Assembly (NCBI RefSeq): GCF_001194135.2
Contig: NC_069004.1
Location: 1,616,823-1,658,712 of the forward strand
From: Octopus bimaculoides
Lineage: Eukaryota
Direction: 5' to 3'
Length of the DNA: 41,890 nucleotides
This document shows positions 23,956 through 35,530 of the stretch, piece by piece. Made by a program: the position numbers and the translations under genes. The notes under the pieces are model-generated. The model was not told the DNA's origin and made no database searches. It was given only the letters and a program-made list of their open reading frames with translations. How positions within the stretch are numbered: the first letter of the stretch is position 1; each line of letters begins with the position of its first letter.

Positions 23956-23994
23956 CGGTGGAGAAAGAGGATTATGTCATCGTTGAATGCCATG
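23956..23994 (+). CDS. Start of exon 3 (runs into N-gap): (A)VEKEDYVIVECH
   Basis: Acceptor ttaatttatttctgttcag at 23955. Phase-1 join to exon 2 gives WLQAK-A-VEKEDYVIVECH and supplies a sixth Cys. The 3' end is lost in gap 23995-24498. Confidence 0.7.
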
Positions 23995-24573
23995 NNNNNN
24001 NNNNNNNNNNNNNNNNNNNNNNNNNNNNNNNNNNNNNNNNNNNNNNNNNNNNNNNNNNNNNNNNNNNNNNNNNNNNNNNNNNNNNNNNNNNNNNNNNNNN
24101 NNNNNNNNNNNNNNNNNNNNNNNNNNNNNNNNNNNNNNNNNNNNNNNNNNNNNNNNNNNNNNNNNNNNNNNNNNNNNNNNNNNNNNNNNNNNNNNNNNNN
24201 NNNNNNNNNNNNNNNNNNNNNNNNNNNNNNNNNNNNNNNNNNNNNNNNNNNNNNNNNNNNNNNNNNNNNNNNNNNNNNNNNNNNNNNNNNNNNNNNNNNN
24301 NNNNNNNNNNNNNNNNNNNNNNNNNNNNNNNNNNNNNNNNNNNNNNNNNNNNNNNNNNNNNNNNNNNNNNNNNNNNNNNNNNNNNNNNNNNNNNNNNNNN
24401 NNNNNNNNNNNNNNNNNNNNNNNNNNNNNNNNNNNNNNNNNNNNNNNNNNNNNNNNNNNNNNNNNNNNNNNNNNNNNNNNNNNNNNNNNNNNNNNNNTCT
24501 CTCTCTCTCTCACTCTCTCTCTCACCACACATTTTTGTTTATTTCTCGCTGACCAAACACCACAAACTGTCCT

Positions 24574-24612
<39 letters not shown>

Positions 24613-24661
24613 CTGTCGTTGTTGATGCTTGGTTACTATAGTTACGACGTCTCCATTGCAG

Positions 24662-24743
24662 TTTATGCTATCGGTGGTGCAGCTGCAGCGATTCTCTTGA
24701 TTCTGGTCCTGGCCTTGATTGGAATAGTTTTGTATTGTCGAAG
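24662..24743 (+). CDS. Transmembrane exon: (V)YAIGGAAAAILLILVLALIGIVLYCR-R|
   Basis: About 23 hydrophobic residues followed by YCRR. Donor AG|gtaagt is phase 2 and matches the last exon. The 5' boundary is uncertain: AG at 24660-61 (phase 1) or 24640-41 (phase 2). Confidence 0.8.
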
Positions 24744-25295
24744 GTAAGTAACGAACCCTGATTGCTTCGTCCTTTGGCAGAAATGCTTTCATCTGAAGAA
24801 CGTCTCTTAACTCATTCTCATTTAAATCGTGCATATTTTTATATGCAACACCTATAATATATTTATGTGGACCATGGCAAAATGTAAAAAACATCAAATG
24901 TGAACTACAACAAAAAAAAAAGATACCATTCCAATACAGAAAAAGATGAGAGGATTTTACAGCTGGAAGGCTTTTGATCATAGATTTGCCTGTTTTGGAC
25001 TGACCTAGGGCTAAAAAAAAACAACTACAACCACAAGAGAAATAGAAAAAGTGTAGATGTCATCAACATTAATTAACAAATAGTTTTATTTATCTGGGGG
25101 TTTTTTCTGCATTCTGGACACAGTTATTACAAGGGAGATAATCATTTCTTCATGATATTTAGTGGGATTAGAATTTTGAATTTGAAATTAAGGAAGTATA
25201 AGGAAAAAATACATAGAATTAGATTTAGAAAATTACTATTTGTAAATCTCACAACGAGAGATATTCAACAGCAGTACTTTGGAGTTAAGATTATT

Positions 25296-25400
25296 TGCCA
25301 ACATAACATGGCAGTCCTGATTTAGGATTAATGTTTCTGTAATTTAGCCCCTGGAGACATCGTCTCCAGCTGGCTATACAACACGATCTGTGTCCTTATA
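25296..25400. mobile_element. Partial copy of the 23040-23232 MITE, inverted relative to it
   Basis: tgccaacataacatggcagtcct...tttagcccctggagacatcgtctccagctgg...tctgtgtcc aligns to the reverse complement of 23128-23232. Confidence 0.7.
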
Positions 25401-25451
25401 TTTTCATTATTCTTTTGATTGTAATCATTTTCTTTCTGGTGTTCTTTGCAG

Positions 25452-26409
25452 AGTGAAAAAAAGGAAGAGAAGATTGTCTCAGCTTCAAAAATCATCCGTT
25501 TTCAATCCTTCAAAACTAGAAAACAAGCAAGACCCTTATAACTATAATGAAGATCATTACATCTCCATTCGTCGAAGTCCTCTCAGGGTTTCCACTTACA
25601 GCACTTTGCAAGCTGTCACTAAAAAGAAACCACCCAACTCCTTTGATCGAAGACACAGCGATCAAAATGGTGAGCTAAGTAACCATTACTTAAATGAGTT
25701 TGAAATGACAAATATTCCAGAAGAAACATCTGTTGATCCCATTGGTTCGTTAGCCAGGAAATCAACCAAGATTCCAAAATACGAGATGTCTTCCTGTCAA
25801 GAAGCAGATACACTTCCAGGCAATAGCCATTATGCTAACATAACATTTTCTGCACCTCCCAGTGAACAAAATACACTTAGACGCAACAAAACCAGCTTTT
25901 CGTCTCAGCCATCATGTGACAATGAGAAGCTGGAATTTCTTCCTCCTCCTTTAGAATCATTTTTGTCTGACGATGACAAGGACATGTATTATCCCACATC
26001 TCATAATACACCACCGATTTCGCCAATGACAGTTGACAACTATGATTGCAATTCTTCAAGGCAAGGTGAATACTACAAGACTCCGGTCATCCATCCGATC
26101 TATGATACCGTATCAGAGGACCAAAATTTTCTTCCTTCACCAACATTCCAAAATGATAACTATCTCATCAGGGAAAATCTCCCTGCTGCTAAGGCAGACT
26201 TGACCTATGACCTGAATGTAGAGAATGGTAACATCCCTCAAGGAAACTTTCTTGAACCAAACCATTATAAAATACCAAGGCAAACATCAAACAGTAACTT
26301 TATTTTCCCTCCGCCACCTTCTCCAACAGACTTTAACGATGACTTATATAATTCAAACGTCTACTGTGAAATGCAATTAGGTTCAGATAAAAATGATAAT
26401 TATAATTAA
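25452..26409 (+). CDS. Terminal coding exon: ~319-aa cytoplasmic tail starting RVKKRKRR
   Basis: Acceptor ttttctttctggtgttctttgcag at 25451. Long uninterrupted non-repetitive ORF to TAA at 26407-26409. Polybasic stop-transfer segment. About 19 Tyr and several Pro-rich motifs. Confidence 0.88.
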
Positions 26410-26474
26410 ACAAACTAATTGATATCTTCCAGATTTATCACTGAAGTTCAAATCGAAGTTTAGCAGTTGACTTT

Positions 26475-26496
26475 ATTATTATCATCATCATCATCA

Positions 26497-26531
<35 letters not shown>

Positions 26532-26560
26532 TATTATTATTATTATTATCTGTTATTATT
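26475..26560. repeat. (ATT)/(ATC)n repeat in the presumed 3' UTR
   Basis: Direct reading; starts about 65 nt after the stop codon. Confidence 0.9.
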
Positions 26561-27504
26561 TTGGGATTACTTCAGTAGAATTCTGGAATGAAAGTTATCA
26601 AATGTATATAATAACATTAAATACTACTATTGTGAAAAAAAGAAAAAAAGAAAATAAAAAAGGAAAACGTTAGCAGTAAGAGAATATTACAAATCAAACA
26701 AAATCAAACTTCATCCCAGATTATCTCATAATCCAACATCACACTCTTAACAGTGGGTTTTTTTTTTCATGTACAGCTTATTCACCCAACCAAATAGACA
26801 TATTTTGAATCCTCATCATGCATGAGTGAAGCTTCAAATTCTTCAAGAATAACTCTGCTCAAAGCCACTTGTGGGGTTTAATTATTCATCTTTAACACCA
26901 ATCGATCTAAAATCAATTGGTTGCTCTCACAACTATACACTAAACCTCACTTAACCCTGTGCCACCATAAAGCAGATCACAGCTACGACTTGTCTCAGAT
27001 TCAGGTCAAGGAATATCGAAATAGTTCGCATTTTACATAAAGTCTACTTTTTCTATTGAAATATGATATTTTTGGTAATTGATATGGTATTGTTATTTGT
27101 CAATGGTGTTTCAATTGTTTTTTTTTTTCATATATATATTTTTTTTAATAGTATATGCAGTCTAAATTATTTATTTATTCAAATGGAAACATTTTGTGAC
27201 ATTTATGATTGCAAAGGTCTGTATGAACGTCTTAATGTCTTTTTGAAAATAAACGTGTCAACAACTTCAAGACGCTTTTTAAATCACATTTTCTTTCTGT
27301 TTTTATCTGGAGCCATCATCATCATCTAATGGTTGGGTGCCTTTCCTGTCACCAATCCTCACCTGTTTCCAAACAAGGTCAAAATATTAGAAATTGACAC
27401 CGCTTGTATCATAGGCTGTGACGCACATTTACAACTATCACATGATATAAAAGAAAGAGCCACAAACACACACATGCGCACACACAATATTCTTACATAC
27501 ATTT

Positions 27505-27622
27505 ATATGACAAGCTTCTTTCAGTTTCCATCTACCAAATCCACTCACAAGGATTTGGTCAGCCTTGAGCTATAGTTGAAGACACTCAAAGTACCACACA
27601 ATGGAACTGAACCAGGAACCAT
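27505..27622 (-). mobile_element. SINE family B fragment
   Basis: gcttctttcagtttccatctaccaaatccactcacaagg matches 14840-14885. Confidence 0.8.
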
Positions 27623-28292
27623 AGTGATTGGTCACCATGCTGAAAGCTTGTAGCCCCAACAACAGCATTCGTTTCTCCACATGTATGAAGTAAATTAATG
27701 AATCTCACGAGACGACTATTGTCCTCCATAAATAACAATGGTGGCGAAAGCGATGAAAGCAGACAAAAAGGAAACCGCTGAACATTTCTAAAGTACTTTT
27801 ATGTAAATTGTTCTTCCCTTTTATTTCAAAAGAATATAGTTCATAGTTCGGTGTCGATGTGAAAATTTACCGATGAATTATTCAGTTCTGACTAACAAGC
27901 ATGGCGAGTGTCGAGTGTCGTTGAGTAGACACAGGCTGACTTTTGCTAAACTTTTGCTAAATTTGAATCTCTTATACGATTTTGATATGCCAGAAATGAA
28001 ATATTCTATCAACTCATCAATTTCGAGATCTTGGTATATGTCGTTGATGGAAGAGTATGGATGTGCAGTTCGTAACTAAGTGGTTGCTAGTTCGATCCCG
28101 ATCTATAATATAATAGCTACACATTTGGCAAACTAATAGCATGTGAGTGAAATTAAAAAGACAGCATCTCTACAGAAACACTTCATGTACACTTGAGTGT
28201 GTATGTATGTATGTATATACATATATATATATATATATATANNNNNNNNNNNNNNNNNNNNNNNNNNNNNNNNNNNNNNNNNNNNNNNNNNN

Positions 28293-28337
<45 letters not shown>

Positions 28338-28954
28338 CATAGATAGATAGATAGGTATGTATGTATGTATGTATGTATGTACTACCGTAGTTGAATAATA
28401 TTCTTAAAGCCGCAGTTTACTCACACGCGGCATCTTTCAGAGCTTGTCGCTAATTCAGTTCTTCACCAAACTGAAAACTGTTAACATTTTTGAAGAGGAC
28501 TGGTCCCTCGTTACATTTTGGCATAAAAAAAATTGAGATTGTCTGGGAATCGAGTGAAGTGCCGTTACGTCTTCTTCCCTATTATAATATGCCTGCTTTG
28601 GCTAGGACTTAAGTGTCAAATATCCACTTGTGTGTTCTTATATATGTGTGTCCAAGCTGAGATAACCGCGATTACATATCTTACAGCAACAACACCTTGC
28701 AAAGTACCCTTAAGAAGCGGCGATAAGAGGTCCTTATATCAGTTCTTCGTTCAACGAATGAAGTTGAAGCACAGATTCGGTTTAAGAGACAAATCAGCCA
28801 TCGCATGATAAATCGTATAACATAATATTCGGTTGTAATAAGGAAGAGAATTGCTAATCTCCGTTACACATTATTTAAGGAAAAATAACGGTTTCAAAAT
28901 TTGGTACAGGGTCAACAGTTTTTGAGGAGAGAGAGAAGTCGATGTGCTAAGCAT

Positions 28955-29035
28955 TCTTTTCTATTATAGGCACAAGGCCTGAAAATTTGGGGAAGGGGAA
29001 AGTCGATTACATCGACCTCCAGTAGTTTAGTACCT
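28955..29035 (-). mobile_element. SINE family A 3' fragment
   Basis: ctattataggcacaaggcctgaaaatttggggaaggggaaagtcgattacatcgacc. Confidence 0.75.
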
Positions 29036-29639
29036 CGTTTCACGGGATAGCGTTTACAAAATGCCTCATTCTCCTTACTTATCAAAAGCGAAACAACACA
29101 AGAGACTAGATTTATTTCAATCAAACAGAAGTTCTGCACAGAGGGGTTTTTTTTTTAATTCATATTGGATTATACTATCTCAGCCAGGATGTATATCTTT
29201 ATAGATATTTGCGTAGATAAGGAGGCCTCCCACGTTAAGTTTAAAAATGGATTTTACTTTGATGGATGTTATGTTGACGTGATGAATTATGAGCAAAAGA
29301 CGGATTTATCTTCACTCATGTTTTATTGATAACAATTTCCACTTGACTTTAAAATATGTACAATTGATTAATACATGACGTGCGTATGAATTACGAATTG
29401 TCAGAAAAAGACAAAAGTATAATTGTTAGTGGTAACACGAATAATTTTTTCAGTGAAGTAGTTGGATGAAAATTCTAATCAAACGTGAGACCAAAAGCAC
29501 ACACAGCTTCGGGCTGCCATAAGCTAAATATTCACCTACCAGTCAAAGAGTTGGTTCGATTTAATCGACGATATCATTCCATTAAAATGTGTGAGTGACC
29601 TTGAGCCGGTGTCAGAAATCATTATATTATGGCCCTTTA

Positions 29640-29780
29640 TGCTTTCTACTCGAATCTGATCGAGGTCAACTTCGCCTTTCATCCCGCCAGCGTCGGTAAC
29701 ATTAAGTACCAGGCAATTAATGGATGTTAACTTAATCGATTCTTCTCTCACCTAAAGTTTCTGGTCTTGTGACTAATGTC
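29640..29780 (+). mobile_element. Degenerate SINE family A
   Basis: gaggtcaacttcgcctttcatcc...taagtaccagg...aatcga. Confidence 0.6.
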
Positions 29781-31768
29781 AGACAGACATTATTTCCTCG
29801 TGGCTGCTTTTCTTCTTGAGGTTCGGGTTTCAACGGTGGTACGCTACTAATAACTCCGTCATCCCCAGAATACCAATTTGTCCTTGGCTGTTCACATTAA
29901 AACTTGTCTCATCTCCACAATCGTTCGGCCTTTGTTTGTTTCGCCCACAGCTTTATTTCCCTTCAACAACGGACGGATCTTTCTGTCCTCTTTCGACCCT
30001 TTCAATATTCGTCTTAGGATGTTTTCACAAACCAAATATTTTCTTTATCAATTCAGTAATGTAAACAAATGTCTTAAATAAACATTTACATTTATTCAAA
30101 AGATACTCATTTCTTTCACATTTGCTTTTTAACAGAAAACCCCCCCAACCAGCTGCGTAATCGCAGTTTTCGCTTCTCTTCCAGATGATACTAGCACTCC
30201 TTTGATTATTAAATATAACTCAACGATTGGAGTAAATTCAGAAAAAAAAGTAGCGCAGCTATTTTCTGAGAAATCATAGAAGTAGGAAATTTAAGGTCAT
30301 TGACTCTCTTCCTCCTCCTTTTTTTTTTTTTTTTTTTGCTATATTTAAACTATGCTTTTGTTTGTTTGTGGCCGTAACCAGGGTCGGCTGAAGATACGAG
30401 TAATTCGAACAGTTTGATCGGGGCTCCACAAACGCGAGGACCTGATTGATAAATTCCAAGAAATTCAATGTGAAAAGCAAAAACAAGAACAAAACAATAA
30501 ATAAATGATAAGACATTTCTAATAATTTATTTCTTTATTTCTAAATTTGCAGTTTTTACTTTTTGTTTAAAAAANNNNNNNNNNNNNNNNNNNNNNNNNN
30601 NNNNNNNNNNNNNNNNNNNNNNNNNNNNNNNNNNNNNNNNNNNNNNNNNNNNNNNNNNNNNNNNNNNNNNNNNNNNNNNNNNNNNNNNNNNNNNNNNNNN
30701 NNNNNNNNNNNNNNNNNNNNNNNNNNNNNNNNNNNNNNNNNNNNNNNNNNNNNNNNNNNNNNNNNNNNNNNNNNNNNNNNNNNNNNNNNNNNNNNNNNNN
30801 NNNNNNNNNNNNNNNNNNNNNNNNNNNNNNNNNNNNNNNNNNNNNNNNNNNNNNNNNNNNNNNNNNNNNNNNNNNNNNNNNNNNNNNNNNNNNNNNNNNN
30901 NNNNNNNNNNNNNNNNNNNNNNNNNNNNNNNNNNNNNNNNNNNNNNNNNNNNNNNNNNNNNNNNNNNNNNNNNNNNNNNNNNNNNNNNNNNNNNNNNNNN
31001 NNNNNNNNNNNNNNNNNNNNNNNNNNNNNNNNNNNNNNNNNNNNNNNNNNNNNNNNNNNNNNNNNNNNNNNNNNNNNNNNNNNNNNNNNNNNNNNNNNNN
31101 NNNNNNNNNNNNNNNNNNNNNNNNNNNNNNNNNNNNNNNNNNNNNNNNNNNNNNNNNNNNNNNNNNNNNNNNNNNNNNTTCTTTTCATTTACTCCGCTCC
31201 TCGTTTTACCTTTTGGTTGTCCCCTTCTAAACAAGCGAGTTCTGGTTCTAGTTCTACCCTCAACAGCACATTTTTCTACCCGTTCCTCTCTGCAATGCTT
31301 CTGAGCAAATTGGAAATAGAAAAAGAAAATATTTAAAAATATTTTACTTATTGTATGATCTGTTCATTTAAAAAGAAAATGTTTGTTTTATCTTATCCTT
31401 CTTTTTTTTCTATTTTTGATTACAAATGTGCGAGGTGATTCATTGACACCCTGTAATTACACACACACACACAGACACACACACACACACACATATATAC
31501 CTATGCGTGTCCATACGTATGTATGCGCACGTACCAACACACGTATCTACAGAGGCGTACACACTTGCTTAAATCCAGATATACTAATATACTTACCTTC
31601 ATACTCGGACTGATGTCTATAAACATGTGCCTATGTACACATACGAATATATATGCATGTGTGTATGTGTGTGTGTGTGTGTGTTTGTGTATATATGAGT
31701 CGCTATGTTTGTGTTTGTGCGATGTTGGGTGAATGCGTGCGTGTACCCATATGTGTGAACATATGAGT

Positions 31769-31833
<65 letters not shown>

Positions 31834-32936
31834 NNNNNNNNNNNNNNNNNNNNNNNNNNNNNNNNNNNNNNNNNNNNNNNNNNNNNNNNNNNNNNNGTAT
31901 AAGAAATATATTCATAGCTGTATTTCCTCTCCAATACGTCATGTTTACAAAGGGTGGCCTGGCTAAACCATTCATTACATATTGATATCCGAAATAATAA
32001 AGGTAGATTACTGTTAAGTAGCTTGTTTGCTTAGTTTTCCTTCCACAGCCTCTGGCAGCAATTGCATCTTAAACAAACTACTTTACTTTCCACTCGCATT
32101 CACCCGTTCTCTGTCCAGCCTTATAATCAAGAAATGGCGAAACACTCGAGATTTTTAAACTACTCACCCGAGTTCAGATGTGATCAGTTATGCAGTGCCA
32201 AGCCATTAAGTTTTCCTCTGAAGTTAGTTTAATACTTAATGACGGCCGAAAACAAATATTTCAACGTTAAAGTCAATTACTAAACAGACAGTCAATACAT
32301 ATGTTTTTATAAAGGTAAGTTTAGTACAGATAATTACCAGCAGTCATTAGTTGATTCGAGTATTAATTAACCGCTCCCTTTTCACTGTTATTTGTTCTGC
32401 TTTGTGTTCTGGTTGCTGAGACAAAGCAATCTTAATGTTTCCAACTGGTCAAACATTAGCAATTCAAGTTAGATGGGTTTTTAAACGCTCGCCGTCGTGG
32501 ACTGATATGTCGACTTCTAGTATGTCGGCAATAGATTGGCTAAAATTTCGTAAGTTTAAAGGGTTGCAACTTTTTTATCGTTATTTTCTTGAGAAAATAT
32601 GGCGGCAAGCTGGATAAAATTTCTTCGCAGTATTTCTATCAGCTTTACAGGGAAGGTTCTGTATACAGAAACATAAGGATATATATGAATGTACGTATGT
32701 TTCTCTGTGGGGTTGAAGGTGTATTGGGTATATATCTCCGCGTGGTGCCCCAGTCAGTTCCCATCTCCGCGAGAGATACTTTCTCATCCGTTGTATGTGG
32801 CCAATTAACACGAGCCGTCACCCCAGCCGGATCTTCATGAAAGAGAACACGAAAATCGAGCAACGTGACCAAACGGTTGAAACTGACGCTCCCAAATCAT
32901 AAAAGAAACAAGACAAAATTTAAATATAGGCTAATA

Positions 32937-33495
32937 CACGAGGTCTGATGAAAAAGTAACGGGACAGGGGTTACAAATAGAAAACTACAGCACATGTTAA
33001 TCCGCCATTTAATCTCCATCGATGTAGTCTCCTTCTGTAGTCATCCATTTTATCCAGCGTCCTTTCTATTGATGGAAGCATTCCCGGAACTTTTTTGAGA
33101 TAGCGAGTAGCTGCTTTGTCACATTGTCTTGGATTTCTTAGATGTCTTGAAATCTTGTTCCTTTCTAGAGAAATTCCTTTCATGCCTTGGTTTCGGGGTC
33201 ATAGCCATAGACCCACATTTCGTTCCCTGTTATGACAGTTTTCAAAACTTTCCCTCTTTAACACAATCAAGGGGATCCTGTGCAGCTGAAAACCGATCTT
33301 CTTTTTTTTTAATGACCACACTCTACACACTTTACTTCCAAACACTTCCTTAGAGAACGGAAGCAAGCGAGGGTGTTATAACTTCGTATCCATGCGCGAC
33401 AGACTTCGAAGTCATTCGGTGTCAAGTGGCTTCACTCTGCGTACTTTAGCTCCTTTACAATAGCAAAATCTCCAATACTTTTTGATCAGGCCCTG
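32937..33495 (-). mobile_element. Internally deleted mariner with both TIRs and TA flanks
   Basis: TIRs gaggtctgatgaaaaagta and tactttttgatcaggcc. The minus strand encodes VITGNEMWVYGYDPETK (first catalytic D motif, D->N) and C-terminal RWIKWMTTEGDYIDGD*. Confidence 0.88.
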
Positions 33496-33959
33496 TAAAT
33501 ATATATTCAGTGACTGTTCATACTAAACTGGTCACTAACTGCTTCAACCACAGACATAACCCACCTAGAAAAAAGAAAAGAAGAAATGTCAAAGGCATAT
33601 TGACATATTGAGTGTGTAGTCAATAATCTGACATTTTTCGAAATGCGACATTTCTTTAAAATTAAAGATGGAAATACAATCTACAGGAAATTCTTGGAAT
33701 GTGTTCTTTTTCTTCATAGAACATTAGTAGTTTAAGAACCGAGAAGAGTGAACGTTCTTAGTGTTTACTTAGAGAATAATAAGCTGTTTATTGCTTTTCT
33801 CAAAATCGAACAGGATCTGGTTAAAAACTTCAATTTTTATTATAAGCTTATGCAAACAACTGCTATGTGTTCGGTGTGCCAACGCACACACGCCATGAGC
33901 ATGAGTACGATTTTAATGTAAGACATTGGTCATCTATCTGTCTATCCTTCTATTTGTCT

Positions 33960-33985
33960 TTCCGTCTGTCTGTCTGTCTGTCTGG

Positions 33986-34020
<35 letters not shown>

Positions 34021-34160
34021 TCTATCTCTCTATCTACGTGTCTGTCTGTCTCTCTATCCATCTATCTGTCTGTCTGTCTGTCTGTCTGTCTGTATGTCTG
34101 TCTGTATGTATGTATGTATGTATGTATGTATGTATGTATGTATGTATGTATGCATGTATG
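33960..34160. repeat. Compound (TGTC)n/(TATC)n/(TATG)n microsatellite
   Basis: Direct reading of the sequence. Confidence 0.95.
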
Positions 34161-34916
34161 TAAATACACACACACACACACATTCATATTCATACATATA
34201 TATTCGAATACTTGTTTTAGCCGTAGTGATATACAAGACAGTCAGAGTAATATATAAGACAGTCCAAGAGTTTCGTACGTTGCAAGAAACTCTCGGGCCT
34301 TGAGCCACTCTGTTAGTTCTGCTAAATAATAAGGAAGATATACATATACTAATATTGTGTAACCTAAAGTTTGTTTATTTCTCAACACTTTGTTAACGCT
34401 CCTACTACTATAAAAATATATACATACAGGTTTATACCAGTAATTATTGGAGCCCTGGGATATGTAACACACTGCCTAACTACGAATCTTGAGAAATTAG
34501 GCTTCTGAAAACCAGAAAGGAGGAAGCAAATTCGAAGACTACAGATCCAAGCCATATCAATGGAACTGTAAAAATCTGTAAAAACTATCCAGAAGTTTAT
34601 TGTTTAAATATATATGAGCGTGTCTAGATATGTGACTATATGCATAAGAATACATACATAAAACATACAAATCTGCACATACATACATACATACATACAT
34701 ACATACATACATACATACATACATACATACAAAAATGCTCTGTTGTTGATGTTGAAATTCCAATGAAGGAGCCTTGGATCTAAGTTACAAACCGGTTCTT
34801 TCTTTATTGGCAAGAAATCTTGAAATGAACTGAATAATGACATATATACATATGTACATACATCTACGTACGTATATTTACATGAAGCGTATGTATATAC
34901 ATACATACATATATAA

Positions 34917-35530
34917 TTACTCTTTTACTCTTTTGTTTGTTTCAGTCATATGAATGCGGCCATGCTGGAGCACCGCCTTTAGTCGAACAAATCGACCCTA
35001 GAACTTATTCTTTGTAAGCCTAGCACTTATTCTATCGGTTTCTTTTGCTGAACCGCCAAGTTACGGGGCGTAGACACACCAACATCAATTGTCAAGCAAT
35101 GATGCGGGACATGGACACACAAACATATNNNNNNNNNNNNNNNNNNNNNNNNNNNNNNNNNNNNNNNNNNNNNNNNNNNNNNNNNNNNNNNNNNNNNNNN
35201 NNNNNNNNNNNNNNNNNNNNNNNNNNNNNNNNNNNNNNNNNNNNNNNNNNNNNNNNNNNNNNNNNNNNNNNNNNNNNNNNNNNNNNNNNNNNNNNNNNNN
35301 NNNNNNNNNNNNNNNNNNNNNNNNNNNNNNNNNNNNNNNNNNNNNNNNNNNNNNNNNNNNNNNNNNNNNNNNNNNNNNNNNTATATATATGCGACGGGCT
35401 TCTTTTAGTTTCCGTCTACGAAATCCACTCACAAGGCTTTGGTCAGCTCGAGGCTATGGCAGAAGACACTTGCTCAAGGTACCACGCAGTGGATCTGAAC
35501 CCAGAACCCTGTGGTTGGAAAGCAAGCTAT
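34917..35530 (-). mobile_element. SINE family B, near full length, spanning an N-gap at its internal microsatellite
   Basis: Head and core at 35385-35530 and tail at 34917-35128 both match the other family B copies. Confidence 0.88.

Noticed and set aside
28419-28433. Minus-strand first exon ATG CCG CGT|gtgagt
   Set aside because: A short pattern expected by chance, with no compatible downstream exon identified.
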